Shown: positions 7,648 through 11,147 of the stretch, in pieces
How the letters are laid out: the number at the start of each line of letters is the position of its first letter
Position numbering within the stretch: the stretch's first letter is position 1
NCBI GenBank assembly: GCA_048940445.1
Contig: JBHLON010000070.1
Location: 1 to 11,147, forward strand
From: Promethearchaeota archaeon
Lineage (GTDB): Archaea; Asgardarchaeota; Lokiarchaeia; Sigyniarchaeales; SOKP01
DNA: 11,147 nt
Direction of reading: 5' to 3'
Translations under genes and position numbers: made by a program
Notes under the pieces: model-generated
What the model saw: only the letters and a program-made list of their open reading frames with translations
Databases searched by the model: none
Told to the model about the DNA's origin: nothing

Positions 7648-7758
7648 AATAACTCACTGTAAACAAAATGTCGAGAATATTTCTCTATTATAAAAAAATA
7701 ATGTTCTAAAAACTAGTCTTTATTATTCCTTTAATATTAACATAATATCCTAGTTGCA

Positions 7759-7773
7759 TTTATAAATCTTTGC
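7759..7773 (-). promoter_or_regulatory. Putative BRE + TATA box of tfb
   Basis: The minus strand reads GCAAAGA-TTTATAAA, a purine-rich BRE-like element abutting a TATA consensus, about 110 nt upstream of the tfb ATG. Confidence 0.5.
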
Positions 7774-7852
7774 TATAAAAACTCAAAATATTGAAAGTTC
7801 GTCCCATAAGATTCCCATTTGTTGAAAATTTTCAATTACTTCTTTAAAAGCA

Positions 7853-7867
7853 GTAAAAATTTATTTA
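7853..7867 (+). promoter_or_regulatory. Putative BRE + TATA box of the nitroreductase (and possibly aor)
   Basis: GTAAAAA-TTTATTTA about 48 nt upstream of the TTG at 7915. The AT-rich background limits specificity. Confidence 0.35.
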
Positions 7868-7914
7868 ATTAAGAATCTATTTCATCTAAAATTTAAATTT
7901 ATGAGGCTTTTATA

Positions 7915-8430
7915 TTGGATTTTTATGATGTTATAAAAAAAAGGAGAAGTCATCGGATTTTTAAATCTGGGATGATCCCCTCTAAGGAAAAAATTGAGAG
8001 AATATTAAACGCCGCCAGATTAGCTCCAACTTGGGCTAATTTCCAAGGAATGCATTATATAGTTGTTCAGAAGCCCGATAGGTTAAAAATCCTACGGAAT
8101 GCTATTGGACAAGATAAAAAGTTTGTAGATGCTCCTGTATTCATAGTTGGAGCAATTTTAGAATCTGGGTCTGGAGCGAATAAAAATGAAAAGTATTATC
8201 CTGTTGATTTTGGAATATGTTTTGAGCATTTAATTCTTGCTGCTACTTCTGAAGGGTTAGGAACATGCTGGATAGGAGCTTTTGATGAAGAAAAGGTTAA
8301 AGAGGTATTGGAGATTCCTAAAAAGTATCGTGTTTTAGGTTTAACTCCGCTTGGTTATCCTTTTAAAGAAAAAGGTGAAGTCACAAACAGAAAATCATTA
8401 GGAGAAATTGTCCATTATGATAAATTTTAA
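7915..8430 (+). CDS. Nitroreductase family flavoprotein (FMN-dependent)
   Basis: 171 aa, TTG start preceded by GAGG. Motifs: IKKRRSHR.F, ARLAPTWANFQ, LAATSEGLGTCWIG and PLGYP. Confidence 0.95.
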   Translation: MDFYDVIKKRRSHRIFKSGMIPSKEKIERILNAARLAPTWANFQGMHYIVVQKPDRLKILRNAIGQDKKFVDAPVFIVGAILESGSGANKNEKYYPVDFGICFEHLILAATSEGLGTCWIGAFDEEKVKEVLEIPKKYRVLGLTPLGYPFKEKGEVTNRKSLGEIVHYDKF

Positions 8431-8496
8431 AATTTCTACTTTTGTTCTACTTTTTTAAGAGGTAAAAGTAAAATAATTTTGATTTCTATCCTAATT

Positions 8497-10221
8497 ATGA
8501 AAATAGTCAGGATTAATTTAGAGTCTGATCAAGTAAATTATGAGGAAATTTCAAAAGATTCGAAATATTTCTTATTAGGAGGGAGAGGATTAACTTCTCA
8601 AATAATAATGGATGAGATTCCTCCTACTTGTGACCCTCTGAGTTCAGAAAATAAACTCATCATTGCTAATGGACTTTTAGCTGGAAGTCCGTTTCCTAAT
8701 TCTGCTCGCGCTTCTATAGGTGCTAAAAGTCCTCTGACTAATGGTATAAAGGAAGCTAATGTGGGAGGGCGCCCTGCTATGATGTTAGCAAGACATGGGA
8801 TTAGAGCAATTGTATTGGAAAATCAATCACCAAATCAAAAAGTAATTCTAATTCATAATAACAGAATTGAATTAATTTCACAAGAATATTATAAGAGATT
8901 GGGAAATTATGAGCTTCATAAAAAGATTAAGAAAAAGTATGGAGAGAATGTTGGAATTTTCTCAATAGGGCCTGCTGGAGAATTTATGATGAGAGCTGCG
9001 AGTGTAGCAGCAAATGATTTAGAAGGGTATCCAAGTAGACATGCTGCTAGAGGAGGATTAGGTGCTGTTATGGGGTCAAAAAACGTTAAAGCTATTGTTA
9101 TACTTCCTCCAAAATTATCAAAAGTGAAAATCAATGATATCAAGAAATTTAGGAGTATATCAAAACCATTCGCACAAAATTTGGCAAAAACTAGAAAAAC
9201 CTTTTCTACATTTGGAACCCCATTGATGATGAGACCGATGAATGAATACGGTGGAATACCTACTAAAAATTTCCGTATGGGTTCATTTGATAAAATTGAA
9301 AATATTACAGGGGAAAGACTTCATGAGATTGTAACCGCTAGAGGTGGTAAGAAGAGATTAGCTTGTATCCCTACATGTGTTATTAAATGTTCTAATTTGG
9401 TGCTTGATGAAAATGGAAATCATATTACATCCAGTCTTGAATATGAAACTATGGCATTAAACGGTACAAACCTATTAATTGATGATATTGACAGCTTAGC
9501 AAAAATTGATCATTTATGTGATGATATTGGAATAGATACCATAGAGTTTGGAGGAACTGTAGGTGTTGCTATGGATTGTGGAAAGATTGATTGGGGAAAT
9601 GCGGAAAGAGTCTTTGAAATTTTAGATACTGAAATTAGAAATAACTCTGAAATTGGTAATTTATATGGAAATGGGGTGAAAATTATTGGTGAAAAGCTCA
9701 AATCCAAAAGAATACCACACGTAAAAGGGCAAGGTATTTCTGCCTATGATTGCCGGGTTTTCAAAGCTATGGGTGTTACATACGCAACATCACCAATGGG
9801 GGCTGATCATACAAGCGGAGCAGCTATTGCAGGAAGGGTGGCTAGCAAACATAAAGACTATGGTGAGCTTACAGACAATGAGAAGAAATTAGATTTATCT
9901 TTCGAACTTCAAGTGTATACAGCTGTTTTAGACTCATGTGGTTGCTGCTATTTCATTGGACCTAGCTATGAAAATATGGATATTATCGCAAATGCTCTTA
10001 ATGCTATGTATGACCTAGATTTAAATAGAGATGATGTCATTAAGATTGGAGAAAATATTTTGAAAACTGAGCTTGAGTTTAATAAACAGACGAAAATTTC
10101 TTCAAATAATGTTCCAGAATTTTTCAGAAATGAACCTTCCAAACCAACAGATTTAATGTATACTTTTACTCATGAAGATTTAGCAAACTTCTGGAATCGG
10201 TTAGAGCATCATAAGTATTAA
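8497..10221 (+). CDS. aor: Aldehyde:ferredoxin oxidoreductase family (tungstopterin, [4Fe-4S]) protein
   Basis: Motifs: GGRGL, KSPLT, IGPAGE, ARGGLGAVMGSKNVKA, CIPTCVIKC, EYET, CDDIGIDTI, GADH and DSCGCC. The start is placed at ATG 8497 (MKIVRINL, the typical family N-terminus) rather than the track's TTG at 8479. Confidence 0.95.
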   Translation: MKIVRINLESDQVNYEEISKDSKYFLLGGRGLTSQIIMDEIPPTCDPLSSENKLIIANGLLAGSPFPNSARASIGAKSPLTNGIKEANVGGRPAMMLARHGIRAIVLENQSPNQKVILIHNNRIELISQEYYKRLGNYELHKKIKKKYGENVGIFSIGPAGEFMMRAASVAANDLEGYPSRHAARGGLGAVMGSKNVKAIVILPPKLSKVKINDIKKFRSISKPFAQNLAKTRKTFSTFGTPLMMRPMNEYGGIPTKNFRMGSFDKIENITGERLHEIVTARGGKKRLACIPTCVIKCSNLVLDENGNHITSSLEYETMALNGTNLLIDDIDSLAKIDHLCDDIGIDTIEFGGTVGVAMDCGKIDWGNAERVFEILDTEIRNNSEIGNLYGNGVKIIGEKLKSKRIPHVKGQGISAYDCRVFKAMGVTYATSPMGADHTSGAAIAGRVASKHKDYGELTDNEKKLDLSFELQVYTAVLDSCGCCYFIGPSYENMDIIANALNAMYDLDLNRDDVIKIGENILKTELEFNKQTKISSNNVPEFFRNEPSKPTDLMYTFTHEDLANFWNRLEHHKY

Positions 10222-10222
10222 C

Positions 10223-10240
10223 TTTATACTCTTCTTTTTT
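10223..10240 (+). terminator. Pyrimidine/oligo-U tract after aor
   Basis: CTTTATACTCTTCTTTTT just after the TAA, in a convergent intergenic gap. Confidence 0.45.
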
Positions 10241-10300
10241 ACTCTAATAAACTTTGATTTATGGTAGGAAGCTTAAAACATTAAAAATATTAATATATTA

Positions 10301-11101
10301 TTAATAAACTTGTGTTAACCTTTCGATAGTAGCAAGAGTAATTTCTCCTTCAAGTTCTACACATTTCTTATAATCTTCTTTAAACCATGGTACAATCCAA
10401 TCTTCAAGAGGATTGTAATAACTATAAAAGATTGCTCCAAATTTAACATGTTTCATCTTACAAATAAAAGCCAGTGTATTCAACTCTCCATTTTCCATTG
10501 AAATGTAGCCCTCTTTCTGTAAATCTTCAACCTGCTTAACTTTTATTCTATAAAATGCCTCTGTTGAATAGTTTTTCCCAATATGATAATTGTTGGTTCT
10601 TTTCTTTATCTCATCGAAAAATGTACTTACGATTCCTTTATCAATTAATGTTTGATCATCAGATTCACGTCCATAGAAAATAGAAATACCATCTGGACCT
10701 ATTGCATGAGTTGGGAGTAAAAAATCCAGCAATTTAACGTTTCTCGCGATTCCCCAGGCACCACACACTAATAAGAGAACTCTTGCTCCGCAAGTGATTA
10801 AATCCTCTGCTACTGATGCAATGGGAGAAGCACCCATAGGTGGAGTTATTACTGAAATCGGAATTCCGTTATAGATTCCCCTATAAAGTTGATTAGAAGC
10901 ATAAGGGTGATAGGGTGTTAACCATTCAGTAGCTTGCAAATTTAATCTTTTTTTTAGATATTCCAAAAGAGAATTAGAAAACAAAAGAATAGCAAATTTA
11001 TCACATGCAAACTCTTCTTGGCTTTTATTTGAATATTTGAGTGCGGACTCAATAACATTTTCTGAACGAATACAATATTCTTTTTTAAATGAATTTGCCA
11101 T
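10301..11101 (-). CDS. Nucleoside phosphorylase-like protein (PNP/UDP NP-I family) with divergent active-site motifs
   Basis: Motifs: GIYNGIPISV..PMGASPIASVAEDLITCGAR, DG.S.FY, STEAFYR and LQKEGYISME. The ATG at 11101 is preferred over the track's TTG at 11110. Confidence 0.82.
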   Translation of the reverse strand: MANSFKKEYCIRSENVIESALKYSNKSQEEFACDKFAILLFSNSLLEYLKKRLNLQATEWLTPYHPYASNQLYRGIYNGIPISVITPPMGASPIASVAEDLITCGARVLLLVCGAWGIARNVKLLDFLLPTHAIGPDGISIFYGRESDDQTLIDKGIVSTFFDEIKKRTNNYHIGKNYSTEAFYRIKVKQVEDLQKEGYISMENGELNTLAFICKMKHVKFGAIFYSYYNPLEDWIVPWFKEDYKKCVELEGEITLATIERLTQVY

Positions 11102-11127
11102 ATTTATCAAGAAGAGATTTAATCCAA

Positions 11128-11140
11128 GAAAATTTATATA
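11128..11140. promoter_or_regulatory. TATA box near the right edge (could serve the phosphorylase on - or an off-window gene on +)
   Basis: GAAAA-TTTATATA on +. TATATAAA on - lies about 32 nt upstream of ATG 11101, a spacing compatible with a leaderless or short-leader transcript. Confidence 0.4.
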
Positions 11141-11147
11141 TCTACTG

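Noticed and set aside
8431-8450. AATTTCTACTTTTGT resembles the start of a Cas12a crRNA repeat (AATTTCTACTnTTGTAGAT)
   Set aside because: It lacks the GTAGA arm needed for the stem, has no spacer-separated repeats and no cas genes nearby; coincidence in AT-rich DNA.
8916-9707. Two short - strand ORFs (75 and 65 aa)
   Set aside because: Antisense to conserved aor motifs; shadow ORFs.
1221-11101. Stop-codon recoding (Sec/Pyl) or frameshifting
   Set aside because: All complete genes end in TAA at family-typical lengths, and no split genes were seen.

Overview
An AT-rich, gene-dense archaeal chromosomal segment. Two TFIIB/TFB-family genes and TATA/BRE-type promoters indicate Archaea. The composition and protein style suggest Asgard/Lokiarchaeia, but that is inference. 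Left to right: an unannotated >=363-aa ORF missing from the ORF track (-, reaches the left edge), a DedA/VTT membrane protein (-), a P2-type P-type ATPase (-), a highly divergent TFB-like protein (-), a 4-TM hypothetical protein (+), a near-canonical TFB (-), a nitroreductase (+), a tungsten-type aldehyde:ferredoxin oxidoreductase (+) and a PNP/UDP-family nucleoside phosphorylase-like protein (-). The main finding is the ATPase. Its catalytic core is intact, but its membrane substrate site is rewired: PEGL becomes PINL, resembling the PISL motif of eukaryotic P4 lipid flippases, and the SERCA N796/T799/D800 positions become F/V/H. It lies directly upstream of a DedA/VMP1-like scramblase-family gene, making the pair a candidate archaeal lipid-translocation or novel-substrate system. 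I found no rRNA, tRNA, CRISPR array or mobile element.
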